A DNA stretch of 64,000 nt from a virus (lineage: Duplodnaviria > Heunggongvirae > Uroviricota > Caudoviricetes): positions 37,290 to 101,289 of the IMG/VR virus record IMGVR_UViG_3300041955_000143. One strand, written 5' to 3'. Under the pieces are notes generated by a model. It did not search any database, had not been told where the DNA came from, and saw only the letters and a program-made list of their open reading frames with translations. Made by a program: the position numbers and the translations under genes. Shown here in pieces: positions 46,346 to 56,108 of the stretch; the stretch's first letter is position 1; each line of letters starts with the position of its first letter.

Positions 46346-47235
46346 GTATGCAAGCCGAAAACCCGCGCGCCGTAGTCGGGTCAAATCAAGCTCCCGAGTA
46401 CGCGCAGCGCGTCACCGACCAGATGGCGCGCGACTATGAGGCCCTGACGCAAGGCGTGGCCGCACTCTTGGAAGAGGCCCGCGGGAAGCCAGTCGAGGTC
46501 ACGACAGATGACGTGGCGCTCGACGTCGGGGCGCTTATCAAGCGATTGGGCGATGCCGACAAGCGCGCCGAGGCTTTCCGGATTGCGGAAGGCGAACCTT
46601 TCCTTCGGGGCAAGAACGCCGTCGACCAGTTCTTTTTCGCGATTCGGGACAAACTCGGGCGTCGGAACAAGAACGACAGGTCGGCGAAGCCTGGGGCAAT
46701 CGACATCTTGCAGGCCCGCGTCTCCTCCTTCCTCGAGCGAAAACGGATCGAAGAGCAGGCCAGACGCGACCGAGAGGCTGCGGAACAGGCCCGCATTGCC
46801 CGGGAGAAGGCCGCTGAGGACGAGAGAGCTCGGCTGGCGGCTGAGGAGGCCAGACTAGCCGCAGAACGCGCTAGGGCCCCCGCCAAGGTCGAGGAGAAGG
46901 CCGCTATTGCCGAGAAAGCCGAGGAACAGGCGTCCGTCGCCAGCGCCGAGGCCGCAATCGCCGCCGAGCGCGCCCAAGAGGCCCATATCGCCACCCTCGC
47001 CAAGCCGGCCGAAATGGCCCGCACCCGCGGCGATGACGGCGTGCTTCTGACGCTCGCCAAGGAAAATTACGCCATCATGGTCGACCGCTCAAAGCTCGAC
47101 ATGGCAAAACTCTGGCCATTTTTCACCGACAGCGAGGTCGAAAAGGCGCTTCGGGCTTGGGCTAAAAACACCGGCTATACGCAACCGATGGCCGGAGCCG
47201 AGATCGGGCGCAAAAATAAGGGCGTGACCCGATGA
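46333..47235 (+). CDS. coiled-coil protein (300 aa), charged Ala/Glu/Arg repeats
   Basis: ERARLAAEEARLAAERARAPAKVEEKAAIAEKAEEQ. Confidence 0.4.
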   Translation: MSPMSMQAENPRAVVGSNQAPEYAQRVTDQMARDYEALTQGVAALLEEARGKPVEVTTDDVALDVGALIKRLGDADKRAEAFRIAEGEPFLRGKNAVDQFFFAIRDKLGRRNKNDRSAKPGAIDILQARVSSFLERKRIEEQARRDREAAEQARIAREKAAEDERARLAAEEARLAAERARAPAKVEEKAAIAEKAEEQASVASAEAAIAAERAQEAHIATLAKPAEMARTRGDDGVLLTLAKENYAIMVDRSKLDMAKLWPFFTDSEVEKALRAWAKNTGYTQPMAGAEIGRKNKGVTR

Positions 47236-48254
47236 CCGACCAAATTTGCAGCTATCAGACTTACGGCTCCAACAGCATGCGCCTGATCTGTCCAGGTCCG
47301 TCGACATGGGACTTCGGGGGCATGCCAGAGCCGATAGTGTGGCTTGGAATTGTGGTCGGCGGACTGTTCGCGGCGTTTCTGGCATTTCTGATCCTGCGGG
47401 CACTGATACGGTCAGGAGTTTTCGTGGTGAGGCAGCAAAGCCGCGCCGTCATTGAGCGCTTCGGCAAATATCACCGCACCGCAGTTCCCGGTTTGCGCTT
47501 CAAACTGCCCGTCATCGACCAGATCGTGAAAACCCAATGGCTGCGGATATTCCAGTTGGCGATCGAGGCCGATACCAAAACCAAGGACAACGTGTTTGTC
47601 GTCGCTCATGTCTCGGTACAGTACCGCATCATTCCAGAACGTGCCTCAGAGGCTTGGTACATGCTGCAGGATGCCGAGAGGCAGATGACCTCGTTTGTTC
47701 TGGACAATGCCCGCTCCACTATCCCCGCAATGACCCTTGATGAGGTGTTCGAGCATAAGGACCGCATCGCCACCGCCGCGAAGGAAGCGCTGACGGAGAA
47801 AATGCACGGCTACGGCTACGAAATCACCGATGTTCTCGTAACCGAGATCGACCCGGCGGCCAACGTCAAGGACGCAATGGATCAAATCCAGACGCAACAG
47901 CGCCTACAGGTCGCGGCACAGGCGAAGGGCGAAGCCAACAAAATCCTGATCGTCAAAGGCGCCGAGGCGGAGGCGGAGTCGAAACGGTTGCAGGGCGTGG
48001 GCATTGCCAACCAGCGCCGCGCCATCGTCGAAGGACTCAAGGATTCGGTAGATAGTCTGCGAGCGGCTACCGGCGTAGACCCAGCCGAGGCAACGCGAAT
48101 GGTCGTGCTGACTCAATACTTCGACACCATCAAAGAGATCGGCGTGTCAGCGGGCGCCAAGGTGATCTTCCAGCCCAGTTCGCCCTCGGGAATGACCGAT
48201 ATGCTGGCGCAAATTCGTACCGCCGTTATGTCGGCGGAAGAGGCGACACGATGA
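47232..48254 (+). CDS. SPFH/band-7 (stomatin/prohibitin-like) membrane protein
   Basis: N-terminal TM (IVWLGIVVGGLFAAFLAFLIL) followed by SPFH-type body and Ala/Glu-rich coiled coil; start may be Met31 (47322). Confidence 0.6.
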   Translation: MTDQICSYQTYGSNSMRLICPGPSTWDFGGMPEPIVWLGIVVGGLFAAFLAFLILRALIRSGVFVVRQQSRAVIERFGKYHRTAVPGLRFKLPVIDQIVKTQWLRIFQLAIEADTKTKDNVFVVAHVSVQYRIIPERASEAWYMLQDAERQMTSFVLDNARSTIPAMTLDEVFEHKDRIATAAKEALTEKMHGYGYEITDVLVTEIDPAANVKDAMDQIQTQQRLQVAAQAKGEANKILIVKGAEAEAESKRLQGVGIANQRRAIVEGLKDSVDSLRAATGVDPAEATRMVVLTQYFDTIKEIGVSAGAKVIFQPSSPSGMTDMLAQIRTAVMSAEEATR

Positions 48255-48292
48255 TTCCCATGAGGCCCCAGTGCGAGAGGTGGAGCGTCGCG

Positions 48293-48679
48293 ATGAAATG
48301 CTCGTACCTGATTGCGGTCGCGGTTGTTGGAATGACGGTTGCAGCGCAAGCGCAAGACCTACACTCGATCGCACCTCCCGCTATTCTCCAAATGGATAGT
48401 TTGCCGAACGCGGGCGAGTTGCGCGTTCGTTATTGCCTAGTAGGCAACCATATCTGCACTGAGCACAGCACAAGTTGTCATGGGCAATGTTGCAGCCAGT
48501 ACGCAGCGGACAGCATTGGTTACGGGTGCAGCGGTAATGTTTACGGCCTGATCTCACCTTTGTCGCATTATGCGGGCTGGCGGTGCCAAATGTATGCGAA
48601 GCCTGCATCAGACGTTCCGCTAGGCGGCGATGCTGGTCCCGTTCCTGAAAACATCAAACAATGTACAAATATCCGTTGA
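48293..48679 (+). CDS. secreted Cys-rich protein
   Basis: Signal peptide MKCSYLIAVAVVGMTVAAQA; 10+ Cys. Confidence 0.4.
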   Translation: MKCSYLIAVAVVGMTVAAQAQDLHSIAPPAILQMDSLPNAGELRVRYCLVGNHICTEHSTSCHGQCCSQYAADSIGYGCSGNVYGLISPLSHYAGWRCQMYAKPASDVPLGGDAGPVPENIKQCTNIR

Positions 48680-48716
48680 GACACCAAACCTAGTTCTGTA
48701 GCGCAGGAGTAACGCA

Positions 48717-49046
48717 ATGCGTTGGAGTTTGGAGGACCGGCAACGAGCAATGGCGATGCGGGCGAGTCGAATGAAGCTGCGGGAGATCGCGGCACATTTC
48801 CCCGGACGTAACGCCTTCCACATCGCAAGTTTGCTCAGTCCAGTAAAGAAGGACCGATCTTCGTTAAATGAAATCAGCAAGGCGATTCTAACGTCGCTCG
48901 GCGAGGAAACTAAGCCACCAGAATATCTCATCGCGGAAGCCGTCATGCGAGCAATGTTTCCGCGGACGCCGACGATGAAGGTCTGCGGGGATCCGGTGTT
49001 AAATCAAAGCGCGGCCTATCGAGCTATGTACGGGGAGAGATTATGA
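48717..49046 (+). CDS. hypothetical protein (109 aa)
   Basis: ORF. Confidence 0.35.
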   Translation: MRWSLEDRQRAMAMRASRMKLREIAAHFPGRNAFHIASLLSPVKKDRSSLNEISKAILTSLGEETKPPEYLIAEAVMRAMFPRTPTMKVCGDPVLNQSAAYRAMYGERL

Positions 49047-49364
49047 AAATGTTCCTGTTAGGCGTCGCTACCGCGCTAGTGCCGTCGCTGATCGTCCTCG
49101 CGACTCTAGTTGTTCCGTTGCTTTGGAGGAAGGACCCCTTTGGAGAAAGACTTTGACTAAGCGAGAGGTGAGCAAATTAGGCCATGGAATTTTCCGTCTG
49201 TTCTGGAAATCTGGCATGAGTTCTCTTGCTTCGGTCGGCAGTTTGCATGACGGCACTCGATGGTTTTCGCCGACAAACTGGACCAGCAAAACGCCAGCAG
49301 GAATTGCTAGTACAAATTGGAGTCTCGTTGACCATGTTGTCCGGTTCGACTTAGGAGACGAATT

Positions 49365-50303
49365 ATGACCAGAACCAAGACTAAGGACCGCCCCGATACG
49401 CTTCTATTTGGCGATGCCGAGATTGAACTGCCGCCAAAATCTGAGGGCGATGCGCCTGGACCGTCCCCGCTCGCGGTCAAGGCCACACCTAGCGCATCCG
49501 AAAGTGGCCGGGGCCAGCCCTCGCCAGCAAAGAAACCGACAAAGAACGCTGTGGCGAAGGTCGAACGGCTTCCGGCGCCGATGAACGTGCTAGACGCGCT
49601 CGCCGCCGCGTTGAAAAACCCCGACGTCGACCCTGTGAAGATGCGGGAGCTCTATAAGCTATACCAAGAAACCGAGGCGAAACAGCAGTTCCACGATGCG
49701 CTGCTTGCCATCGACTTTCCGAGCATCAACCGCGACGGCAAGATTCCGGTCAAGGGCGGGAGGGACCTTCGGTTTGCTTCCTTCGAGAATGTCCATAAGG
49801 CCGTCATGCCCCTGCTTCGGCAGCACCGATTCCGCATGTCCTTCGCACCGATGCCGGGCGAGAACGGAACCGGCCTCGTTGTCGAATGTCGGCTGATCCG
49901 CGGGACCTACGAGGAAAAATGCGTTGTCCCGATCAGCACGGCGCCGGCAAGCCGCGCGATGAACTCGCAGCAAGCGATCGGCGCCGCGATCAAGTATGCC
50001 TCCCGCTACGGGGTAATGTACTTGTTAAACCTTCGCTCCGAAGCGCCAGAGGACCGCGACACTGATGGCGTCCACCCGCAGGAGGTCGCCGAGCAAGAAG
50101 CGGCCAACGCGACCATCAACGGCTCGCAGGCTAAAAAACTCCTAGAAGCCATCAACGATAGTGGAATCGAAGCAACCCGCTTCATGGAAAAGTACGGAAT
50201 CAAAGCCGTCCATGAACTCCCGACCAAGCTCTTCGACGAAGCCATGAAGGCGCTGCGGGATTACGGGGCGCGCAGGGCCGCCCAGGAAAAGAACGCCCAA
50301 TGA
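49365..50303 (+). CDS. erf: ERF-family single-strand annealing protein
   Basis: FASFENVHKAVMPLLRQHRF and surrounding pattern typical of ERF superfamily. Confidence 0.6.
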   Translation: MTRTKTKDRPDTLLFGDAEIELPPKSEGDAPGPSPLAVKATPSASESGRGQPSPAKKPTKNAVAKVERLPAPMNVLDALAAALKNPDVDPVKMRELYKLYQETEAKQQFHDALLAIDFPSINRDGKIPVKGGRDLRFASFENVHKAVMPLLRQHRFRMSFAPMPGENGTGLVVECRLIRGTYEEKCVVPISTAPASRAMNSQQAIGAAIKYASRYGVMYLLNLRSEAPEDRDTDGVHPQEVAEQEAANATINGSQAKKLLEAINDSGIEATRFMEKYGIKAVHELPTKLFDEAMKALRDYGARRAAQEKNAQ

Positions 50304-50488
50304 GTGAGCGAGAGTCTATGGAGCAGACAGTGGCGTATGCCCTTCGGCAAGCGCGAAACGACGCCCTCGATAGCGCCGCCGATCTGTGCGACGCGCTCTC
50401 GACCATCGGTAAGAACGCCGCAGATTGCGCGACCGCGATCCGAACCTTCAAAAAGTCTCTGAGACAACCGAACGATCCGCTGCCATGA
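50300..50488 (+). CDS. hypothetical protein (62 aa)
   Basis: Small ORF. Confidence 0.3.
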   Translation: MSERESMEQTVAYALRQARNDALDSAADLCDALSTIGKNAADCATAIRTFKKSLRQPNDPLP

Positions 50489-50694
50489 GCGCACGAATGA
50501 CCCCTATCGTCAAACTCGCCCGCGAGATTTGGTGGTGGGATTTCTCGCCAAGCGGTCGCCGAAAATACCGCAAGGCATCGCAATGGAAGGCGATCAAGGA
50601 GGACAAGCGGCAGATGTATCTCGCCGAGGCGAGACGTTTTTCCTTTTTGCTCAAACGGGTCGACGTCAACGTACTCAATGAGATAAGCGGATGA
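50485..50694 (+). CDS. hypothetical protein (69 aa)
   Basis: Small ORF. Confidence 0.3.
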   Translation: MSARMTPIVKLAREIWWWDFSPSGRRKYRKASQWKAIKEDKRQMYLAEARRFSFLLKRVDVNVLNEISG

Positions 50695-51362
50695 AGACCG
50701 CCGCACAGAAGAAGCCGCCCGAGGATACCGTCGAGTTTTTCGACGTCGAGCAACGGACGGATGCGTGGCTTGAACTCAGGCGCGGAATCCCAACCACGTC
50801 CAAATTTGCAACGATTATCGCTGAGGGCAAGGACGGCAACGCCAGCAAGACGCGGGAGGATTACATGGAACGGCTGGCCGGCGAAATTATCTCAGGCCAA
50901 GTCGCCGAGAGTTTCCGCAATGAAGTCATGGACCGTGGCAATCGCGTCGAACCGGAGGCAAGGTCATGGTACGAACGGACGCGGTTCGCTGACTTAACGC
51001 AGATCGGCTTTGTAAGGCGGACGGTTAGAGTACCGCTCGGCGGCGACTTCGTCATCGGGTGCTCGCCAGATAGCGGCGTCACAAAGCGTAAGGGATTGGA
51101 GATCAAAAGCGTCGCGCCTCATTTGCTCGTCCGAGGCAAGCGACGAGGCGCTGGCGGCTTTCCTCCAGAACATCGCGCACAGTTGCAGGGAACGATGTGG
51201 GCTTGCGATTGGGACGAAATGGACCTTGTCCTCTACTTCCCCGGCTGGCCTAACCCGCCAGTCTTCACGGTCCAGAGAGACGATCAGTACATCGCGCGCC
51301 TCAAAGACGAGGTCGAGAGGTTCGACTACGAGCTAAAGCGCCTCGTGGAGCAATGCCGGTGA
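50691..51362 (+). CDS. YqaJ-like viral recombinase-domain exonuclease
   Basis: TDAWLELRRGIPTTSKFATII matches YqaJ N-terminal signature; partners ERF. Confidence 0.6.
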   Translation: MKTAAQKKPPEDTVEFFDVEQRTDAWLELRRGIPTTSKFATIIAEGKDGNASKTREDYMERLAGEIISGQVAESFRNEVMDRGNRVEPEARSWYERTRFADLTQIGFVRRTVRVPLGGDFVIGCSPDSGVTKRKGLEIKSVAPHLLVRGKRRGAGGFPPEHRAQLQGTMWACDWDEMDLVLYFPGWPNPPVFTVQRDDQYIARLKDEVERFDYELKRLVEQCR

Positions 51363-51712
51363 AACCGCAGCGCATTCAGAGAAGGCGCATAAAGGGCTGG
51401 AAAATGCCGCCGAATACGGTCTGCGTTGACCGCTCGACCAAATGGGGTAATCCGTTCCGACCAAGGCAAGAGCGGGATTGGACGAAGGAGTATTGCGCCA
51501 AGCTGTTTGAGTACCTTGCTGGCGGCTATATCTGCATGTGCGATCATCCGTCGCCAGACGAGCAGCGCGCTTATCTCAAAATGGCAAAGCGCGATATTAA
51601 GGAGTTGCGCGGCAAGAATCTGGCGTGCTGGTGCAAAGTCGGCGATCCGTGTCACGCTGATGTGCTATTGCGCGCAGCTAACAAGCCGCTGGCGAAGAGA
51701 AAAACATCGTGA
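51353..51712 (+). CDS. DUF4326-family protein
   Basis: WGNPF...CWCK.G.PCHADVLL pattern. Confidence 0.4.
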   Translation: MPVKPQRIQRRRIKGWKMPPNTVCVDRSTKWGNPFRPRQERDWTKEYCAKLFEYLAGGYICMCDHPSPDEQRAYLKMAKRDIKELRGKNLACWCKVGDPCHADVLLRAANKPLAKRKTS

Positions 51713-52263
51713 GAGTCCAACCGATCAACTTCGTCTGGCGCACAGTCGATCTTGTCGACGCGGACGGCGTTGCGACTCGCACGATGGCGATGGTCCCAGA
51801 GCCGAGATACGACAATATCGCCAAGCGACAGTTTGAAGACGGAGAGGCATATCCCCTTCAGCAAATCGAAGAACGCTCGATGCGTTCGCACAATCAATTC
51901 TTCGCCGCGATGGGGGAATATTATGACAATCTTCCGGAGAACATAGCTGCACGTTGGCCAACCGACGTTCACTTCCGCAAATGGTGTCTTATCGAGACTA
52001 ATTGGTTCACAGAGAAAGAATACGAAATGGCGTCGGAAAAAGGAGCCATGATGCTTGCGGATGATATTCGGATAGACGACGAGTACGCCCGCATCGTTGT
52101 GCGAGGAACGAAGGTCTTCGTGCGGCGCGCAATGTCACAGTCTCTCGCAGCCATGGGGAGAGAGAAATTCGAGGCCAGCAAAAAGGACTGCCTCGAACTC
52201 GCCGAGGCGATGGTCGGGACGCCAGTTAGGACGATGCTGCGTGAAGCTGGCAAACATGGCTAG
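51709..52263 (+). CDS. hypothetical protein (184 aa)
   Basis: ORF. Confidence 0.4.
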   Translation: MRVQPINFVWRTVDLVDADGVATRTMAMVPEPRYDNIAKRQFEDGEAYPLQQIEERSMRSHNQFFAAMGEYYDNLPENIAARWPTDVHFRKWCLIETNWFTEKEYEMASEKGAMMLADDIRIDDEYARIVVRGTKVFVRRAMSQSLAAMGREKFEASKKDCLELAEAMVGTPVRTMLREAGKHG

Positions 52264-52441
52264 TAGAGCAATATTTGCCATTGCCAAACGCCGCTGGTGG
52301 GCAGGTGGCGGTTACGTTGTGCTGCAAGGGCCTGGTTGGCCTTACAAGATCGCATGGTTTCGCGAGCTTACTCATGCGGAATGCTTCGTGCGTCTTTTCA
52401 AAGTGTATCTTTCAGACGAGGATCGAAAGGATCTAGCATGA
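52256..52441 (+). CDS. hypothetical protein (61 aa)
   Basis: Small ORF. Confidence 0.3.
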   Translation: MASRAIFAIAKRRWWAGGGYVVLQGPGWPYKIAWFRELTHAECFVRLFKVYLSDEDRKDLA

Positions 52442-52773
52442 GCCGCATAGCTGAATCCCATCTTGGCGACCAGCCATATCCGCTTTCGCCTGGCGCAAAG
52501 ACTGGCGGCACATCGCGCGAGGCCGCGCACATTATTTCCGCGTCGAGTGCAAATGTCCGCGAGCAAGTCTGGAAGACCGTCGCCGCCGCGGAACCGCTCG
52601 GACTCACTGCCGACCAATGCGCCGCGAAGATCGACCGCAAGCCGGGATATATCAGGCCGCGCCTCTCGGAACTTAAAAAGCTCGGGCGCGTCATCAAGAC
52701 CGAAATGCGCCGACCGAATGAGAGCGGACTCCCTGCCTCAGTTTGGAGGATCGTACCTTGCCCCAAGTCTTGA
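52438..52773 (+). CDS. hypothetical protein (111 aa)
   Basis: ORF. Confidence 0.35.
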   Translation: MSRIAESHLGDQPYPLSPGAKTGGTSREAAHIISASSANVREQVWKTVAAAEPLGLTADQCAAKIDRKPGYIRPRLSELKKLGRVIKTEMRRPNESGLPASVWRIVPCPKS

Positions 52774-53093
52774 CCGTTGCCGAGAAACTCGCCGAGATAG
52801 ACCGGCTTATCGAGCACTATCGGTTTGCCCGACGCTGGCCGGAAGAGCCTGAGTACAAAACCTACGTGACATTGAAGGCCGTCGCGGCTGATCTCCGTGC
52901 ACGAATGGACGGCAAAGCAGAAACCACGAGGCGGACGCTCGGCGCGAAAGTCGCCGCAGCGGCTCGGGCGGCAGACGACCACTCGGAAATTTTCGCCCTC
53001 GCTGTTGTTGAATTGGGCAAAGATTTGATCGGACATTGGGCGACTGTTGAGCAAGCGTTAGAGCAATACGAGAGAACTCATGCGACTCCCTAG
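52743..53093 (+). CDS. hypothetical protein (116 aa)
   Basis: ORF. Confidence 0.35.
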   Translation: MEDRTLPQVLTVAEKLAEIDRLIEHYRFARRWPEEPEYKTYVTLKAVAADLRARMDGKAETTRRTLGAKVAAAARAADDHSEIFALAVVELGKDLIGHWATVEQALEQYERTHATP

Positions 53094-53526
53094 GCCATAC
53101 GTTCCACTCGGCGTTCGTCTTTCAGTCGCGCTCCGCCAGCTTGGGACGCCCCCGAGTGACATTGCGAGACTTGTTGAAACTACCAGCCGGAACAGAACTC
53201 TAGACGCAAACCTTTATTGGGTTCTGAAAAAACTGTTCAATACCGAATTATACCATCTCGACCACGATCCAGCGCTGGAAAACCGCTTGCAGGTCAAAAA
53301 TACGCGCACTGGCAAAATCCGCTACGTCCCAGATGCGAATGATCCCCGCTCTTTGATCTACCGAACCAAGGAAGATCACAGACTCAAGACGCTTGTCAGA
53401 GGCGATGGCGCACAATTATCTGACGCCGCCATCGCCCGCAAACGCAAGCGCAAGGAGCGGAAGGCAACGCGACCGAAATACAACTGGCCGTCGAGACCGC
53501 TGCAAAGCAGGAGTTCGTTCCGATGA
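53080..53526 (+). CDS. HNH-like nuclease
   Basis: LYHLDHDPALENR ... EDHRLKT. Confidence 0.4.
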   Translation: MRLPRPYVPLGVRLSVALRQLGTPPSDIARLVETTSRNRTLDANLYWVLKKLFNTELYHLDHDPALENRLQVKNTRTGKIRYVPDANDPRSLIYRTKEDHRLKTLVRGDGAQLSDAAIARKRKRKERKATRPKYNWPSRPLQSRSSFR

Positions 53527-53789
53527 AAGCAAGATCTGACCGTGAGGAAAGAGAGGTGATGCCTCCCTTCGATTTAAGCCTTTACGAAGCATTTATGATG
53601 ATTCCAGGCGGTTGGGGTTTCGAGATACGGTCGTATGAGGACGGTTATTTCACAGTGGAACTCTGGCGCTTCGACAAAACTCCGTTCGCTGAAACTGGAC
53701 ATATACCGATCCACGAACGCGGCAAAAATCTCGCAAATACGATCTGGAAAGCAGCAACTAGAGCGATACGGACCCACAATGCCGGATAA
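53523..53789 (+). CDS. hypothetical protein (88 aa)
   Basis: ORF. Confidence 0.3.
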   Translation: MKARSDREEREVMPPFDLSLYEAFMMIPGGWGFEIRSYEDGYFTVELWRFDKTPFAETGHIPIHERGKNLANTIWKAATRAIRTHNAG

Positions 53790-53970
53790 AACAGCGGCCT
53801 TTGAGGCAATGCTACAAATCCAGAAATGCACAAAAGCAATCCGCGCGCTGGTTAGCGAGAACATCTTGTTACGCCAAGCTCTAATTGAGCTCTCTAAGAT
53901 TGATCCTGGTTGCATCCAATCCACAATCGCCAAGCGGACTCTAAACGAGGTTGGCATCGAGGAAACATGA
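53779..53970 (+). CDS. hypothetical protein (63 aa)
   Basis: ORF. Confidence 0.3.
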   Translation: MPDKTAAFEAMLQIQKCTKAIRALVSENILLRQALIELSKIDPGCIQSTIAKRTLNEVGIEET

Positions 53971-54176
53971 AGCTAATCGCCCACGACCAAAAGGATGATA
54001 TGGTCACGCACCGCTACTCGATCCAAACCGAGGACGGTAAGGTGTGGCTTCTATTTGACCTGCCAAATGGTTCTCCGTTCTATCCGATGGACATCGCTAA
54101 TGCGATGGAGGACCGACTGCAAAAAATGCCTCTAACCCCGCTGCAATCCGCAGCACTAGCAAGGAGACGACAATGA
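53967..54176 (+). CDS. hypothetical protein (69 aa)
   Basis: ORF. Confidence 0.3.
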   Translation: MKLIAHDQKDDMVTHRYSIQTEDGKVWLLFDLPNGSPFYPMDIANAMEDRLQKMPLTPLQSAALARRRQ

Positions 54177-54700
54177 AGTTTCGATCCTCGATTTTAGCGA
54201 TTGCCGCAATGACAATCGCGGCCCCGGCTTTCGGGCAGACCAAAGCGCCACCGCTCACTGTCCAGGACGTGATCGGCGTCTGGAACGCGATCAATGCGCT
54301 AGACACCCACCAGACCGGCGTCCTCGACAAAACCGGCAATCCAATCGCGGTCCCAAACAATTACGAGTACAGCGGCGCCGTACATCTGACTTTGGCCCGC
54401 GACAACGCCAAAGCCTATATGATCGTCAAGGACTATAACGACGAGCTCGCAAAGATGCGCGCCAAATTCACCGAGGACCAGAAGGACGTTCCCAAGGAAA
54501 AACTCGCGGAGTTCACACAGGAGCGGCAGAAAGAGTTCGACAAGAAATCCGCAGAGATGCTGATGGCGCCTGCCACCGACGTCACCTTCGTCCACATCAA
54601 GTCCACCGATCTCTGCCTCGACGCTCATCCGCCAGAGTGCCCGGTGAAGAACGCTATACCAATCACCGTCATTCAGGCGCTTCTACCGATCCTTGACTAA
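54173..54700 (+). CDS. secreted protein (175 aa)
   Basis: Signal peptide MKFRSSILAIAAMTIAAPAFGQ. Confidence 0.4.
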   Translation: MKFRSSILAIAAMTIAAPAFGQTKAPPLTVQDVIGVWNAINALDTHQTGVLDKTGNPIAVPNNYEYSGAVHLTLARDNAKAYMIVKDYNDELAKMRAKFTEDQKDVPKEKLAEFTQERQKEFDKKSAEMLMAPATDVTFVHIKSTDLCLDAHPPECPVKNAIPITVIQALLPILD

Positions 54701-54879
54701 AATGGCGCACGGCATAGTCGGCGCGGCCCTTGTGGTCGCCGCCGCCTTTGCCGCCACGGCGGCGGTGCCGCGGTTGTTCCCAAGTGAGGCACTGAAAGCA
54801 AACAGACTTGACGGGGTGCAAGCAAGTTTTTCAATGCGGTGGCCGGATGATCCGGCACCGAAACATCGGAGAATAAAAC

Positions 54880-55365
54880 GTGAGCAACGAAAGCAAAGGC
54901 AAAGTTACCGGAGCGCCGAGCAAGATGGTCGCAGCGGACGATCCGGCCGTAGTCCAGTTTCTCAATAATCTAACGGAGTTGCGCCGCGAGCGCGACGGTC
55001 TGACGCTGGATCTTCAGCAAGCCCAGCGCGATTTGGCGGGCGCAAATGCAAAGATCGAGTATCTGGAAAATGCGCTCGAAACGATGACGCATCAACGTGA
55101 TACTTTCATGGGGCGTCTGATCGAGGCCGCGACGCACCATGATTCGATCAGAGAAATGTTCGGCAAGGCTGACCGGGCGCTGAACGCAGCGGCCGATGTT
55201 GCTACCATCGCCAAAACCAACGGCAATGGGCAAGAGATAGCCGAGGCACCCAAGCGGGGCGAGCCGGGCGAACTCCTAAGCGACGACGCCGCTAGAAAAA
55301 TCGCGGCGAAATACGCACCCTTCGGGGTGTTCTGGCACGATAGCGTCGAACCCCGGGGACAGTAA
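54880..55365 (+). CDS. coiled-coil protein (161 aa)
   Basis: ORF, last gene of plus block. Confidence 0.4.
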   Translation: MSNESKGKVTGAPSKMVAADDPAVVQFLNNLTELRRERDGLTLDLQQAQRDLAGANAKIEYLENALETMTHQRDTFMGRLIEAATHHDSIREMFGKADRALNAAADVATIAKTNGNGQEIAEAPKRGEPGELLSDDAARKIAAKYAPFGVFWHDSVEPRGQ

Positions 55366-55380
55366 GCTGCAAACGAAAGA

Positions 55381-55423
55381 GCGAGCGAGAAAGAAACCAT
55401 CCCGCTCGCCTGCTTTTCGTTTT
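55381..55423. terminator. candidate bidirectional rho-independent terminator between convergent genes
   Basis: GCGAGCG-loop-CGCTCGC stem followed by CTGCTTTTCGTTTT. Confidence 0.35.
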
Positions 55424-55992
55424 CAAATTCTGGCGTAACGTCGGCGAGCGGCATAACCGTGTGGGTTGATTACTCTGACGCTACCAACACGGACCTCGCG
55501 GCGACCATAAGGACCGCTTGTCGTGAAGTATCCGCCGTGGACATTCGACACGATGGCTTCAACATGCCTATTCCCCCAGATCGCTGCCATACCCGGCGCT
55601 GGCGATGCTGTCTCAAAAACGTGCCACGTCCGCGCCAGCCATAGGTTTAAGCCGTTGAGGACGTGTGCCGTGGTGCCGAAAATGATGGACTCGGCAGTAC
55701 AGCCGCAAGGGCCGCCCATCCGAGCCGCCACATAGCATGGGCCAGGGATACTGCCGCCGTGCCTAGAATGGGCTACATGAACGCGGCGGATAGCCCCGTA
55801 GCGCCAGTGGCGTGGCCGCTGCTGGGCCTTTGCGTGGTGCCTGTGGCTTTTACCCTCCCAATCCCTATGCGCGCCGTAGGGGCTGTAGGACCGTTCTGAG
55901 GCCATATCTGGTCCCATCCAGGGGCCGTAGGCGTTGGCTTGGGTGGTTAGGGCCAAGAAGGCCGTGGCTGCAATAACCGTCGCATACTTCAT
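55423..55992 (-). CDS. secreted CHAP-domain peptidoglycan amidase/peptidase
   Basis: Signal peptide MKYATVIAATAFLALTTQANA; C-terminal GPCGCTAESIIFG...AAIWGNRHVEAIV matches CHAP Cys/His arrangement; ORF open to 56019. Confidence 0.5.
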   Translation of the reverse strand: MKYATVIAATAFLALTTQANAYGPWMGPDMASERSYSPYGAHRDWEGKSHRHHAKAQQRPRHWRYGAIRRVHVAHSRHGGSIPGPCYVAARMGGPCGCTAESIIFGTTAHVLNGLNLWLARTWHVFETASPAPGMAAIWGNRHVEAIVSNVHGGYFTTSGPYGRREVRVGSVRVINPHGYAARRRYARI

Positions 55993-56108
55993 CGGATCAC
56001 TCCTTTGTGCATGGTTCATCGTAGTCGCGGGCCTCGGCCCTCCTTGCCGGTCATGTTGTGGGGATGATGGGAAAGCCTAGCCGCTAGGCTTCAGGAAGGT
56101 CAAGCCTC

